From the NCBI RefSeq assembly GCF_009914755.1, contig NC_060941.1: a stretch of DNA of 64,000 bases; one strand, 5' to 3'. This DNA is from the human T2T-CHM13v2.0 reference genome, Homo sapiens. A program made the position numbers and the translations under genes. The notes under the pieces are model-generated. The model was given only the letters and a program-made list of their open reading frames with translations. It was not told the DNA's origin and made no database searches. Below, one piece after another: positions 12,993 through 27,500 of the stretch (position 1 is its first letter; every line of letters starts with the position of its first letter).

Positions 12993-15571
12993 AAAGAATA
13001 GGTTTTCAGTTAACCAGTTAGTCAGAATCATTAGCAGTAGACTTTTACTAAATCCTAACAAAAGGCCCATATTTACTAGAGCACATTAAAAATGAAAACA
13101 AAAACAAAAAACAAAAAACAAAAAAACCCAAACACACCAGAACCATAGAATTGAGCGCATAAGTGACAAAAATTATGTGAACTTTCAAAAGATTCTATAA
13201 ATTAAATTTATATCTACCTACATGCATGTGAATATGGACACACCTATGTATATGTGTGTGTGCATATATGTGTATGTATATTACAGTAACCTTTGCAAGG
13301 ACACACATCCACATAAAACTTCCATGGTTTTACAATCTTGACATTTTGCCTAAGGGTTAGTTAAGATATTCACTTTGTAACCTGGTTTCTTTATTACCTT
13401 AACTCCATTTAGAAGAATATTCCCTCTCCCCTCTAAATCCACACCCCATTTAAAATATATTCACATCAACATTTTACACACTGTAGAATATTCAAGCAAA
13501 GATTCAGCCCAGGAATGCTATGCCTCACAGTAAATTGAGAATAAATTATCCATACAGTTCAAGCACATCATGTGAGCATAAAACAAGGAAGTAAATTTAT
13601 GGTAAAAAAGGAGCAACTGTGTGTGCCTTAATGCTAAGTACATTTGATAGTATAGTGTGATGTTTGATTTTATTGGACAGGAGACAATGCATATATTACA
13701 GAAGAATCTTTCATCAGAATTTTAATATCACACATTCTACAGATGTCAATTCATAAAGTCAAACATTTATATCTTGAGACTAGAAGGCCTGGCATTTAGA
13801 GCTATATCATCAAACAGAAGGCTGGGACTTCATATTTGTTTTCAACTTTCTCTCTGTAATTTTCTAAGCAAAATAACAGGCATAAAATACGTCTTCATGA
13901 AAGTATATGATACTTTCATAAAGCTTATTGACAATTTTAATGTGTTATTCTACTTTGTGTTATAGAAAGCCCATTAACCTTAGTGACTTCTCTGTCAATA
14001 TAGGGAATTCACCAGAATAAAACATAGCAATAAACTAAATGTATTTATATGTCTGTTCCCTGATTAGACTATAGTAACTCAAAAGCATTCATTTTCTCTA
14101 ATGATAAAAATAACATATGTTTTTAATAAAAATTTCAAGAAGTAAGAAATATATAAAGTAATACAAGCTTTGCATTCAAAACAGGAATTACAGTCTGTGA
14201 AAAATACTGGTTTGAAGTTTACGATTTTGAATATTATGAGTTTTGAGGATCTAATACAATACTAATCACTTTCTTCAGAAACAGTAAAGGTAGTTGGGTG
14301 CCATGACCACCATTGGTACTTGGTAAAGCAATAACCATCCCTTCCTAACCTCACTCCTGCTAAAAAGAAAAAAAAAAAAGCACGTTTTACTTCCTGACAC
14401 CAGGACAGTTATCTGGACCAGGAAATTTACCTGATGCTAAATGTTTATTACCAAAACAAATAAATATTTTTAATATATAATTTCTTTATAGTTTGTGGTC
14501 CTGGGTGGTTTACTCAGGGAATGTAGAATTTGTCTTTGATCTCTATCACATACCTGTGACTTAGCACCATGGGCAAATTGAAAGTGCTATTATGGTGGTA
14601 TCATTAAACTTGTCCTGCAGCCCAACACATATCTCAAGGATTTTTCTCACCTGGTGACAAGAAGTCATTATATTTTGACATGGAGAGGGAGGAAACATAC
14701 CAAGCACTCCCCAGAACTGACAGTCAGTAACAAATGATATAATGAGCCTAAGTCACTTAGTATAGATGCTAGAATAGGGAAGATACCCAATAAATAAGAG
14801 TTTCTCTTCCCTTCTCCCATTTTCTTACACATTTTAAGATGTATTCCTAATAGTCCTCAAACTGTAACATGTATCCTGCTCATTTGAAGAAGTGGTTAAA
14901 GCAGCTTATGATACTGATGATGCGGAATTTTGACCTAGTTGCCTGTGGCAGTAGTTCTCAGCCATGTCTTACACTGATAGTACACTGATACCCTCAGGCC
15001 AAAAAAAGGTCCAGAATAGATGAAAGCCTCCCTTTACCCCTTGCATGTCTCCCAAGATTGTGTCAGAATTAAGAACAGTGCATTTATTAGGTTACAAAGT
15101 ACAGTGCTATAATGTGGGGTTTTCAAAAATATAAAAGTACAAACTGTAAATTGTTATAGGGAATTAGTCATTTTGAATTTTTCTCCCTTTGATAGCAATT
15201 ACCTTTTCTTGTTTCTGGTATGGGAAAATAAGTCTGAGATTTTTTTTTCCATATAGAAAAAGACTGTACCCTGGGAAGGCCAGGCATGAGAAACTGATAT
15301 AGGCATTAGGAAAAAATGATTTTCTTCTTGAATTCATTTTTCATAGCCTCCTCTTTTAATCACTGAAGTGGAAAAATTCAAGAAGAAAAGGTTAGGTTGC
15401 TAGCTTGAGGGAATGGGTCTGAGGGGCCTGCTAATTCTACTTTAAAAAAAACATATTTATCTGTAAAAGGCTTTCCTCTTGTGTAAGGAAAATGATTTCT
15501 TATAACTTCATAATATCCAATCAAATTCATCATATACATACTAGGAAGAAAACATGACATTGCATGGTAAT

Positions 15572-17852
15572 TGTATTACTCTGTTTTCATCCTGATGATA
15601 AAGACATACCTGAGACTGGGGAGAAAAAGAGGGTTAATTGGACTTACAGTTTCACATGGTTGGGGAAGGCCTCAGAATCATGGCAGGAGGCAAAAGGCAT
15701 TTCTTACATGGCGGTCGCAAGAGAAAATGAGGAAGAAGCAAAATCAGAAACTCCTGATAAACTCATCAGATCTCGTGAGACTTATTAACTATCACAGGAA
15801 TAGCACAGGAAAGACTGGCTTCCATGATTCCATTACCTCCCCCTAGGTCCTTCCCACAACATGTGTTTATTTTGGGAGATACAATTCAGTTGAGATTTGA
15901 ATGGAGACACAGCCAAACCATATCATTCCGCCCCTGGCCCCTCCACATCTCATGTCCTCACATTTCAAAACCAGTCATGCCTTCCCAACAGTCCCAAAAG
16001 TCTAACTCATTTCATAATTAATCCAAAATCCACAGTCTAAAGTCTCATCTGAGACAAGGCAAGTCCCTCCTGCCTATCAGCCTGTAAAATAAAGGAAAAC
16101 AAACTAGTTACTTCCTAGATACAATGGGATTGCAGGTATTAGGGAAATACAGCCTTTCCAAATGGGAGAAATTGGCCAAAACAAAGGGGTGATAGGGACC
16201 GTGCAAGTCCAAAATCCAGCAGAGCAGTCAAATTTTAAAGCTCCAAAATGATCTACTTTGACTCCAGGTCTCAAATCCAGGTCATGCTGATGGAACAGGT
16301 GTGTTCCCATGGTCTTGGGCAGCTCTGCTTCTGTAGCTTTGCAGGGTACAGCCTCCCTCTCAGCTGCTTTCATGGGCTGGCATTGAATGTCTAGGGCTTT
16401 TCCAGGTGAACAGTGTAAGTTGTCAGTGGATCTTTCATTCTGGGGTCTGGAGGATGGAGCCCCTCTTCTCACAACTCCACTAGGCAGTGTCCCAGTAGGG
16501 ACTCTGTGTGGAGGCTCCAACCCCACATTTCCCTTCCACACTGCCCTAGTAGAGGTTCTCCATGAGGGCCCCATCCCTGAGGCAAACTTCTATCTGGGCA
16601 TCCAGGCATTTCCATACATCTTCTGAAATCTAGGGAGAGGTTCCCAAACCTCAGTTGTTGACTTCTGTGCACCCACAGGCTCAGTACCACGTGGAAGGTG
16701 CCAAGGCTTGAAGCTTCTACGCTCTGAAGCCACAGCCCAAGCTGTATGTTGGCCTCTCAGCCACAGGTAGAGCAGCTGGGACACACGACACCAAGTCCCT
16801 AGGCTGCACATAGTTCAGGGACCCTGGGCCTGGCCCATGAAATCACTTTTTCCTCCTGGGCCTCTGGGCTTGTGATGGGAGGGGCTTCCATAAAGGTCTC
16901 TGACATGGCCTGGAGACATTTTCCCCATGGTCTTGGGGATTAACATTAGGCTCCTTGCTACTTACGCAAATTAGTGCAGTTGGCTTAAATTTCTTGTCAA
17001 GAAATGGGTTTTTCTTTTCTACTGCATCATCAGGTTGCAAGTTTTCCAAACTTTTATTCTCTGTTTCCCTTTTAATATGGAACGCTTTCAACAGTACCCA
17101 AGTCACCTATTGAATGCTTTCCTGCTTAGAAATTTCTTCCACCAGATACCTGAAATCATTCGTCTCAAGTTCAAAGTTCCACAGATCTCTATGGCAGGGG
17201 CAAAATGCTGCCAGTCTTTTTGCTAAAACATTATGAGAGTCACTTTTGCTCCAGTTCCCAACAAGTTCCTCATCTCCATCTGAGACCACCTCAGCCTGGA
17301 CCTTATTGTTCATGTCACTATCAGCAATGTTGTCAAAGCCATTCAACAAATCTCTAGTAGGTTCCAAATTTCCAACATTTTTCTGTCGTCTTCTGAGCCC
17401 TCCAAACTGTTCTAACCTCTGCGTCTTGGCCAGTTCCAAAGTCACTTCCACATTTTCGGGTGTCTTTTCAGCAACACCCCACTCTACTGGTACCAATTTA
17501 CTGTATTAGTCCATTTTCATGCTGCTGATAAAGACATACCTGAGACTGGGAAGAGAAGAAGGCTTAATTGGACTTACAGTTCCACATTGCTGGGGAAGAC
17601 TTCAGAATCATGGTAGGAGGTGAAAGGCACTTCTTACATGGCGGTGGCAAGAGAAAATGAGGAAGCAAAAGTGGAAACCCCTGATAAACCCATCAGATCT
17701 CATGAGACTTATTCACTATCATGAGAATAGCACAGGAAAGACTGGCCCCCATGATTCAACTGCCTCCCCCTAGGTCCCTCCCACAACCTGTGAGAATTCT
17801 GGGAGATACAATTCAGTTGAGATTTGAATGTGGACACAGCTGAACCATATCA
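15572..17852 (-). mobile_element. Full-length THE1 (THE1A-like) MaLR provirus: LTR 15572-15925, internal 15926-17501, LTR 17502-17852
   Basis: Two ~350 bp direct-repeat LTRs (tgtatt...ccatatca) around a 1.6 kb THE1-int; exact 5-bp TSD gtaat (15567-15571 / 17853-17857). Confidence 0.96.
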
Positions 17853-18729
17853 GTAATGTTGTTTGTGTAATTAGTATTTCAAGGGTAGGTCCAAGAAGAG
17901 TTAAGTCCTGGGTGTGGAGATTCTAACTCTTTGCAACAATTAATAAAATTGCACAGAAGTTGTTCCTTGGTGCAACGTGTTTTCATGTTGGTTATTCTAA
18001 GCTTCTTGCTTAGCAGGTTTGAAGATGAATAGGTGAGGGAGTACTGGTGGGAGCATGTGCTATGCTCTCCATAGTTATTTTGCTTGGGTCTGCAGTAAGA
18101 GCTCACTTAAGCAGATTCTCCTATGCATCTAGAATTTCCCCATATCTTGACCAATTTTATAATTTGTTGAGCTATTTGAAAGAATAAATTCATTTTAAAT
18201 AATTAAAAACATATTGTGAATTTTTTACTACAAAACTTCTGCATATTCATTGAAAGAAACAAAATATTCAGATTAAAAAAATAAGAAAAAACACCTTTGC
18301 TTCTGTCACCTAGTGTTTTTTTTTCTAGGAGTATGAACTGTGAATTTTTACTTTTTATTTTTTGTTTTAATAAATGAGGAACAAGTGTGTCTATTTATGT
18401 TCATGCTGTGGTGAATGTGAACCTATCAGATAATTTATCAGTATTTGGACATGATTCATAATGAGTAGTCTTTATCAAGTCACATTAAATGAAGAGGCTG
18501 TGACGTTGAAACTTAAGTGATAATTTAATGATAGAATCAGATTCTGTGAACTGTGTAAAATAACAGAGTTTAATTTGAGGAATCATGTCTTAAAAATACA
18601 TCATGATAGAAAAGCCAAAAATACACACTTAAGACAAATGAAGTATAAAACACAAGTTAATCTTTCAAACTTCAGAGACAGTTTAACAACCGAAACAATT
18701 ACTTAAACACTTATATTTGGCCTGAAATA

Positions 18730-19680
18730 TTGTTAAAATTTGAAATAGAACTTACATATAGTGAACTACATAGAAATTAAGGGTATTGTCTCATCAGTTT
18801 CACAAACACATGCACTATTTATCCTGTACTAATACAATCTGGAATAAAATAATTCCATCATTATTTATGCCTTCTGACAATCCTTTTCCCCCATTTTTGA
18901 AGTAAACACTTATCTCAGTTCTATCACCAAAAATTTGTTTTCCGTATTCTAAAAGTCATATAAATGAAAATTATTTTGTGTGTATATAATTTAATTCAGA
19001 ATGATGTTTTTGAGATTCCCCCTTGCTAGATGTGTATAAACAATTATTTCCTTTCCTTTTTATTACTGACTACTGTTGTGTGGTTAATTATTCTCTTGTT
19101 GCTGGACTGATGGCAACTTTTTCAGTCTTTGGCACTTATAGATAAAGCTGCTTTGGACATTTGCTTCCAAGCTTTTGTGAACGTATTTTCCTTTATCTGG
19201 TTAAATATCTAGGAATGGAATTTCTGGGTCATGCAGAGGATGCATGTACACTTTTTTTTTAAAGAAACTACCAAACAGTTTTCCTACTGTTGTACCATTT
19301 TGAGCTTTTATCAGAACAGTGTTCTGGGTGTTCCACAACCTTCCCAACATTCGGCATCCTCAACATTTTTTTGATTGTGGCTATTACAATGAATGTGTAG
19401 TAGTATCTCCCTGTGGTTTTAATTTCCATTACCCTTATGGCTAATGATTATCAATACCTTTTTCATTTTTACTGAAGAGAAATATTCCAATACATATATA
19501 TGACAACTTGTAAATCTGTTTCTCTGGATTTGGGTTCTATCTAAAGAAATGAGTATTTGGGTTTTTTTAGAGCTATTGTGAACATTCATGTATAATTCCT
19601 TTTTGTACACATATACTTTTGTTTATCTTGAGTGAAAGGGAGTAGAATTACTTGATCATATGGTAGATCCTTTTATCTAT
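18730..19680 (-). mobile_element. Old L1 (L1ME-like) 3' region
   Basis: aaatatctaggaatggaatttctgggtca; aagaaactaccaaacagttttcc; gtggttttaatttccattacccttatggctaatgat. Confidence 0.65.
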
Positions 19681-19689
19681 TTATTGTAG

Positions 19690-20820
19690 CCATTATAAAT
19701 ATTCTTACTAATAATTTAAATATATGGGCCATTTCTGAATTTGGTTCTATTGATTGTTTAGTGGTTGTGGGTCACATTTTCTTACTTTTATAAATACTTC
19801 ATAATCTATGATTGAATGCCAGTCATTGTCTATAAAAGACGGTAGAGACTATTGTAAATATTATTTATACCCTAAAAAGAATATACCCCTTCTTCTGGCA
19901 AGAAGTGAATGTACAGAGATGTTTCAATGTAGTCTGTGATTGAATGGGGCTTAGGATGTATTGATCCTTATGGTATATTCACTGCAGGTTCCACGTTAAT
20001 TGAGGATAGGCTCAAAATTTTCTCTTTAACAAGGCTTAATCTGTGATCTGCCCTGATGTCAGACATCAGCCCACCCAATTCACTGGTGCCTCAAGGGTGT
20101 TTCTCCCAGGTTTGTCACTCCATCTTTAGCCATAGATGCCTACTGCTTGGTACTTGATATAAGTTCTAAACACTAGTGCCATTTCTCTTAGTTCTCTTTT
20201 TCTGCCCTCAGACATCAGCAGGTCCTGAGTATCTGCACCTCTGGAGGTCTCCTTTAAGTTTCCTGCCCATCCCATCTCCATTGTCTGGTCTTCAGTGTGA
20301 ATGCTGAGGTTCTTGTGGGTTTCTATCAGTTCTCTCCCCAATTCTCAGATTTCCACTGACCCAACTCCTTCATGCCCAAGAATAGCTAATAGTTATTATC
20401 TTAAAAAATTAAAAATTGGTAATAAATTGGTAGAAAACAGTTAAATAAATTATGGTACATTGATTATAGAGATAACAGCTCTAAAACAAAATAAGAATTA
20501 TTATTATTAAAATGGAAAGAAATTTGTAATATATTGTCAAGTAATAAAGCCGGATTGCTAAGCAATATGTAATATGTATACATAAAACATATAGACATGT
20601 GTACACATGTGTGTAATTGTGTGTGTGTGTGTGTATAATATATGAAATACACAAAGAGAAGGGTCTGAGTCAACAGGTAATAAGCCGTCACCTAGATTAC
20701 CTTAAGGAAAGGACAGACGTCAGGGATGAATCAGGTGAAAGTAGTTCTTGTTTATAGTATGTGTTCTCCAGTATTAGCAATTTTATAAGAAATTAGAGTA
20801 ATTAGATTAGTTGTGTCATT
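19690..20820. mobile_element. Old L1M fragments (- ~19690-20370; + ~20400-20820)
   Basis: taataatttaaatatatgggccatttctgaatttggttctattgattg; gttaaataaattatggtacat; highly diverged. Confidence 0.4.
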
Positions 20821-20929
20821 TCAAAGATGAATGAAAATATGATGGAGAAAAATTACATTTGATGAATATTAATATGGCTAAATGGAACTACATAAGCTTC
20901 AAATGAGTGGGAACAATTATAAACAAAGC

Positions 20930-21750
20930 CATACTTGAATTTTTATTCATAAAAGTTATGCTAAAAAATAAAACAAAAAGCAAGAAGGACATAGTCGGGC
21001 TGATTTGAACAGGTGGTGTAATGTTAAATGTAGGTGGGAATACACAGTTATTTAGCTCCCCATTTGCTTCTGACTTTACTGTCAAGGAGAATAATTATCT
21101 TATTAAGAGGGTAAAATAAACATTTGGAATAAAGAAACTTAAACTGAAACTTAGAAGAAATGATAAGACAGCACCTTGTTGCATTAAAAGAGTTTGTCAA
21201 CTGTTCTGGGCACACTAAATCACAAGGAATCCAAAGAATGTGAAATGATCACTAAAATTGAAGAGGTGTTTTAAGACTACAATGGTAAGATTCAAACATT
21301 TAAAAAATAAAAAATAAGGAGCTCAAACATGTAAAATATGGATAAAAGATAGAGCCCATGGGTATGGAAAATGAATTTGGGGTATGTAAAATGAACTGGA
21401 CTTAATAGGGAGCAGAGTTTTAAAATCTATCATTATGACTGGTTCTTTAAAATTTAAATATAAGTCAATCAGTAGAAACCAGGATGGTTCACTAAGCTAA
21501 ATATAACAACCTTCTAAAAATTGTACACAGTATGACAGCTCATTTCATTATGAAGGATAGGACTTGTAGTGATAAAAGTTTGTTTGAATTAAACTTAATA
21601 GATTTAAAATATAAAGATCCACTTAATCCCAACAGAATTGAATAAGTAATGCTTGGATGACACAACAGATCAGACTGTGTGTTGAACACTTTTTAAAAGA
21701 TAGGATAAAACAGAAAAATGACTAAACTTCATTGATTGTAGTCAAACCCA
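20930..21750 (+). mobile_element. L3 (CR1) LINE ORF2 fragment
   Basis: ggtggtgtaatgttaa...tttgcttctgactttactgtcaaggagaat...gcaccttgttgcattaaaagagtt...ccaggatggttcactaag, collinear with recalled L3 consensus blocks. Confidence 0.6.
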
Positions 21751-22318
21751 AGTACTGGAGACAGCAAAGCACTAAATAACAATTTCAAAAATATAAATGT
21801 AATTTCCTTGATAACAAACTTGATAGACTGAGAAATCCTCTAAAATATAAATTATCTGTGTACAGTTCATCTAATATAATATTATTTTATACTAGAAGTT
21901 AATAAAAGTCCTGAAGTTTAGCCTTGTGTTTCACTTAAATATTCCATTAGAAAGAAGATTTCAATACCAAAGTAATAGATAGGCATGTAAAACTTTGATA
22001 TAGATTTTTGAGCTGTTACTTAGAGATAAATATATGAGACAAAGACCTATCAGGAGCAGTCATTTCAATGATTATCTTTACTCTCTTACTGGAATATTCA
22101 AATAAGATTACATGATCCATACCTGTAACATTCTAGAAAAAAAATGCACTGTTGTGATTTGCTAACACCAGTAGTGATCAGATACCAGCAATATAAACTT
22201 TTGAAAATTTGTGTCTCTTGCATTAAAAACAAACAAAAATTGTCATCTTGACCCAGAACACCTCCTTTTGAGTGTAAGTCCTTCATCAACCAGCTGAGTA
22301 ACCTTTGGGAAGTGTATG

Positions 22319-22359
22319 CTTTTTTCTTTCTTTCTTTCTCTTTCTTTTCTTTTCTTTTC

Positions 22360-22406
<47 letters not shown>

Positions 22407-22438
22407 TTCTTTCTTTCTTTTCTTTCTTTCTTTCTTTC

Positions 22439-22477
<39 letters not shown>

Positions 22478-22552
22478 CTTTCTTTCTTTCTTTCTCTGTC
22501 TCTCTTTCTTCCTTCCTTTCCTTTTCTTTCTATTCTTTCTTTCTTTTTTTTT
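22319..22552. repeat. Compound (TTTC)n/(TC)n polypyrimidine microsatellite, ~230 bp
   Basis: Directly visible; source of the F/S/L-rich ORFs at 22305-22604. Confidence 0.97.
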
Positions 22553-22723
22553 GTGTGTAGTCTTATTGTATTCTTGTTGCTCTGCTAAGCGTCAAGGAAA
22601 TTAATTTGTGTTTAAATTCCTGGAGCATGAAATAAACTCAGTAAATGATTGATTTTTCCCCCATTTCTTCTCTTTCTTCTGTCCTTCTCTTCTTCCATTG
22701 TAAGAAAATAAAGAGATGGCTAT

Positions 22724-23678
22724 TGTGGTAGGCAACCCTTAAGATTGTCTCCAGTGATCCCGCACTCCAGGTATTCATGCCTTTATGTAATCTTTGTGCT
22801 AAGAATTTGAATGGTCCGAGATTTTTACCCTACTTGCAAGTTAGCTTGTCACAGTGTCATGGATTCTTGGAGATGACATGAGACTCCAATGTCAGAGACA
22901 AAGCACAGTTTCTTACTTACGGTAAGAGCATTAGGCAGAGCATTTTTGCACTTACTTCCTAAGATCCATTTTTTTCCAGGGAAGTACCTGCACACACAAT
23001 AGATTTTGTTAAAGGAGAGGAACGCCAACCTCAAGACAATTAGATCTTTTAAAAATTGGCAGTAAGCCTGCTGAAACTTTGACCCTGAGGGTAACATCAT
23101 TTTTATTAGATTAGACAGTGAACACACCTATCCTTTGCTCTAGAGAGAGACACTATCTCTGTCTTCCAAGGCTGTTTGCTATATAAACATATTTGAAATG
23201 ATCACCTAGAACAAACAGAAATGTGAGAATTGTATACTAGCTCCCTTCTCCTTGAATGTGGATGAACTCGTTCATTCTCTTCTAACAAATAGCATAAAGC
23301 AGCAATGCTGGGATTTCACTTGCAAGAGTAGCTTATACAAAAACTTAAGGCTTCTGTCCTCAGTGTTCTCACTTCTCTCTCACTCTCCTACGTCACTCAG
23401 CGTAAGAGAAGCTGTCTGCCATGCCTTAAGGAAACCCTGTGGACAGCTAAACATGGCAAGGACTAAAAACTACATGAGTGAGCTTGGAGGTGGATCCCTC
23501 AGCAACTGAGCATTTAGATGAGACTGTAGCACTGACTACAGCTTGTTAGACTTTTACACAGAGGCACCCATTTAAGTTATACTCAGCTTCCTAACACATA
23601 GAAGCTATGAGATAATAAATTGTTTTAAGCCATTAAAAATCAGGTTAATTTGTTGTAGAGCAATAGATAACTAAAACA
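22724..23678 (+). mobile_element. MLT1E/F-like LTR, interrupted by another LTR
   Basis: tgtggtaggcaacccttaagat...gtattcatgcctttatgtaatc | ctcccttctccttgaatgtgg...gcaatagataactaaaaca. Confidence 0.75.
22795..23238 (-). mobile_element. ERVL-type solo LTR (LTR40-like) nested in the MLT1
   Basis: tgtgctaagaatttgaatggtccgagatttttaccctacttgcaag...gtcagagacaaag...gagagacactatctctgtcttccaaggctgtttgctata; the family name is tentative. Confidence 0.55.
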
Positions 23679-24229
23679 GATAACATTATTATTAACTGTG
23701 TAGTTTGTAATGAACAAATAATTTTTACATTGGTTGAATTTCGACAAGCATTAAATGAATTTAAAATATTTAGGAAGAAGCGTTTAATGGAGTTGGAGAA
23801 CGAGTAGACATTTACATATTCCAGAAAGACAGAATGCTTGAAACTTCCTATTTAGGTATCCTTGGCCTCTCTACCTCTTTCTATATTTTTTCTACTGGCA
23901 AATAAGTATCCTTCACTCAAAAAGCACTATTATCATTTCCTTTGTAAGTCTTTTCTGTCACCCTCAAAGCAAATTTAGGTGTTTCTCCCCATGAGTTTCA
24001 TTTGCTTAGTATACAATTCATCGTATCTGTAGCAACATTTAATTTGGCTTTGAAATTATTTGTCTTATGTTTAGATTGAAAACAATTTAAAAGTAATAAT
24101 ATAATTGTTTTACTTCAATACTACTATGATTTAACACCGGGTAAGCCATATTAACAGGCTTACCTTTACAATACCATTTTCATATTTTACCAAGGCCTTC
24201 AGTGCTTGTATTCCTAAAAAAAAAAAAAA

Positions 24230-24598
<369 letters not shown>

Positions 24599-27500
24599 TC
24601 ATATTGTGTAAGTGTTCTAAATAATTTATGCTTATAAAATACAAAATCTTATATAGGTCAATATTCTTTGCAACTTATTTCTACAGTTAATCTTTATAAC
24701 AAGTGCAGAGGTAAGATGGGAAAACATTATTCTCTAAATGTATTTTTGTTTTTGCTTTTATTCTGACATCAACTCATATATGACTGTTTTTGAGAATGTG
24801 GAGCTCAGTAAATATTAAAGAAGCAATTAAAATGTCAAATAATTGCATCTAAGACAAAGTGCTGGAATATGTCTTTCCATCTTTTATATGCATGTTCTTT
24901 TTCTCTTTTTTTAATTTTTAATTTGTGTGGGTATATAGTAGGTATATATATTTATGGGTTACATGAGATATTTTGATACATATATACAATGTGTAATAAT
25001 CACCTCAGGGTAAATGGGGTATTCATCACCTCAATCATTTATCTTTTTTTGTGTTACAAACAATCCAATTATACTCTTTTAGTTATTTTAAAATGTACAA
25101 TATTATTTACTGTAGTCACCCTGTTGTGCTATCAAATACTAAATCTTACTCATTCTATCTCAGTATATATTTGTACCGATTAACCATTCCCACTTCCCCT
25201 TCTCACACCACTACCACCGACTGTGCTTCCCAAGCTTTGGTGACCATTATTCCACTGTCTATCTCCATGAGTTCAGTTTTAATTTTCTTAGCTCCCACAA
25301 ATAAGTAAGAATGTGCAAAGTTTGTCTTTCGCAAATTTTATTTAACATCATGACCGTAAGTTCCACCAGTTTGCAAATGACAGGATCTCATTCTTTTTCA
25401 TGGCTAAATTATACACCATTGTGTAGGTATGTGCCACATGTTCTATCTGTTCATCTGTTGATGGACACTTAGGTTGCTTCCAAATCTCGGCTATTGTGAA
25501 TAGGACTGCAATAAACATGGGAGTGCAGAAATCTCTTTGATATACTGATTTCCTTTCTTTTGGGTGTATACCCAGCAGTGGGATTGCTGGATCATAAGGT
25601 AGTTCTTTAGTTTTTTGAGGAACTGCCAAACTTCTCCATAGTGATTGTACTAATTTACATTCCCTCCAACAGTGTATGAAAATTCTCTTCTCTTCACATC
25701 CTCACCAGCATTAGTTATTACCTGTCATTTGGATAACAGCTATTTTCACTGGGGTAAGATGATATCTCATTGTAGTTTTGATATGCATTTCTCTGATGAC
25801 CAATGACATTGAGCATTTTTTCATATATCTGTTTACCATCTGTATGTCTTCTTTTGAGAAATAGCTATTCAGATCTTTTGCACATTTTAAAATCAGATTA
25901 CTAGATTTTTTTCCTATGAGTTGTTTGAATTTATTATATATTTTGGTTATCAATTCCCTATCAGATTGATAGTTTACAAATATTTTCTCCCATTCTGTGG
26001 GTTGTCTCTTCACTTAGCTGATTTTTTTTTTTCCTGGGCAGAAGCTTTTTAATGTTATGTGATTCCATTTGTCCATTTATGCTCTAGTTGCCTGCACTTA
26101 TGGGGTATCACTCAAGAAATCTTTGCCCAGTCAAATGTCCTAGACAGTATCCCCAATATTTTCTTTTAGAATTTTCATAGTTTTAGGTCTTAGATTTAAA
26201 TCAAAGATACTTTGATTTGATTTTTGTATATGGCAAAAGATAGAGATCTGGTTTCATTTTTCAGCATACAGATATCCAGTTTTCCCAGCACAATTTATTG
26301 GCAAGACTGTTCTTTTTTCCAATGTATGTTTTTGGCACCTTTCTTCAAAAATGAATTCACTGTAGGTTGTGTGGATTTGTTTCTGGGAGCCATATTTCAT
26401 TCCATTTGTCTATGTGTCGGTTTTTATGTCAGTTACATGCTGTTTTGGTTACTATAGAAGTATTATTTAAATTTGGATAACGTGATTACCAATTTGTGTT
26501 TTTTGTTCAAGATGGCTTTGGCTATTCTGGGTCTTTTGTGGTTCTTTATAAACTTTAGAATTATTTTTCTCATTACTGTGAAGAATGCAAATGGTGTTTT
26601 GATAGGGGTTACATTGAATCTGTAGATTGCATAAAATTTTAGCAATACTGATTCTTCCAATTCATGAACCTAAAATATCTTTCAATTTTTAGAAATACTT
26701 TAGCAATATTGATTCTTCCAATTCATGAACATGAAATATATTTTAATTTGTCATATCCTTTTCAATTTCTGGCATCAATATTTTGTAGTTTTCGTTGTAG
26801 AAATCTTTCACTTATTTGGTTAAGTTTATTTGTAAGTAATTTTATTCTATTCATAGCTACTGTAAATGGAATTAGTTTCTTGATTTCTTTTTCAGATTGT
26901 TCACTGCTCGCATGTAGAAATGCTACTAATTTTTGTATGTTGACTTTGTATCCTGCAAATAAACTGAATTTATCAGTTCTAATAGTTTTTTCATGAAGAC
27001 TTTAGGGTTTTCCAAATATAAGATCTTATCATCTACAAAGAAAGATAATTTTTCTTCATTTCCAGTCTGGATGTCCTTTAGTTATTTCTCTTGTCTGAGT
27101 GCTATAGTTACGACCTTCAGTACAGTGTTGAATAACAGTGCTGAAAGTAGTTATCCTTGCTCCAGATCATAGAGGACAGCTTTTCAGTTTTTCCTGAAAA
27201 CTGTGTTGAGGTATGTTCCTTCTATAACCAATTTATTGAGGGATTTCATCATGAAGTCATGTTGAATGTTATCAGTGCTTTTTCAACATAAATTGAAATG
27301 ATCATAAGATTTTGTCCTTCATTCTGTTGGTATGATGTATCACATTAATTGATTTGCATATGTCAAACCACACTTGCATTCCTGGAATAAACCTTACTTG
27401 GTGAAGATGAATGGTTTCTTAAAGTATTGTTGAAGTTGGTTTGGTTTGAGGATTTTTGCAACAGTGTTAATCAGGGATATTGGCCTGTAGCATTCTTTAT

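Noticed and set aside
16104-17509. Longest ORFs in the window (156, 129 and 87 aa)
   Set aside because: They lie within THE1-int and are broken pieces of the MaLR internal ORF or its antisense; the same peptides recur at 45.8-46.7 kb and 59.4-61.1 kb.
22305-22604. Three overlapping F/S/L-rich, membrane-protein-like ORFs
   Set aside because: They are translations of the (TTTC)n microsatellite.
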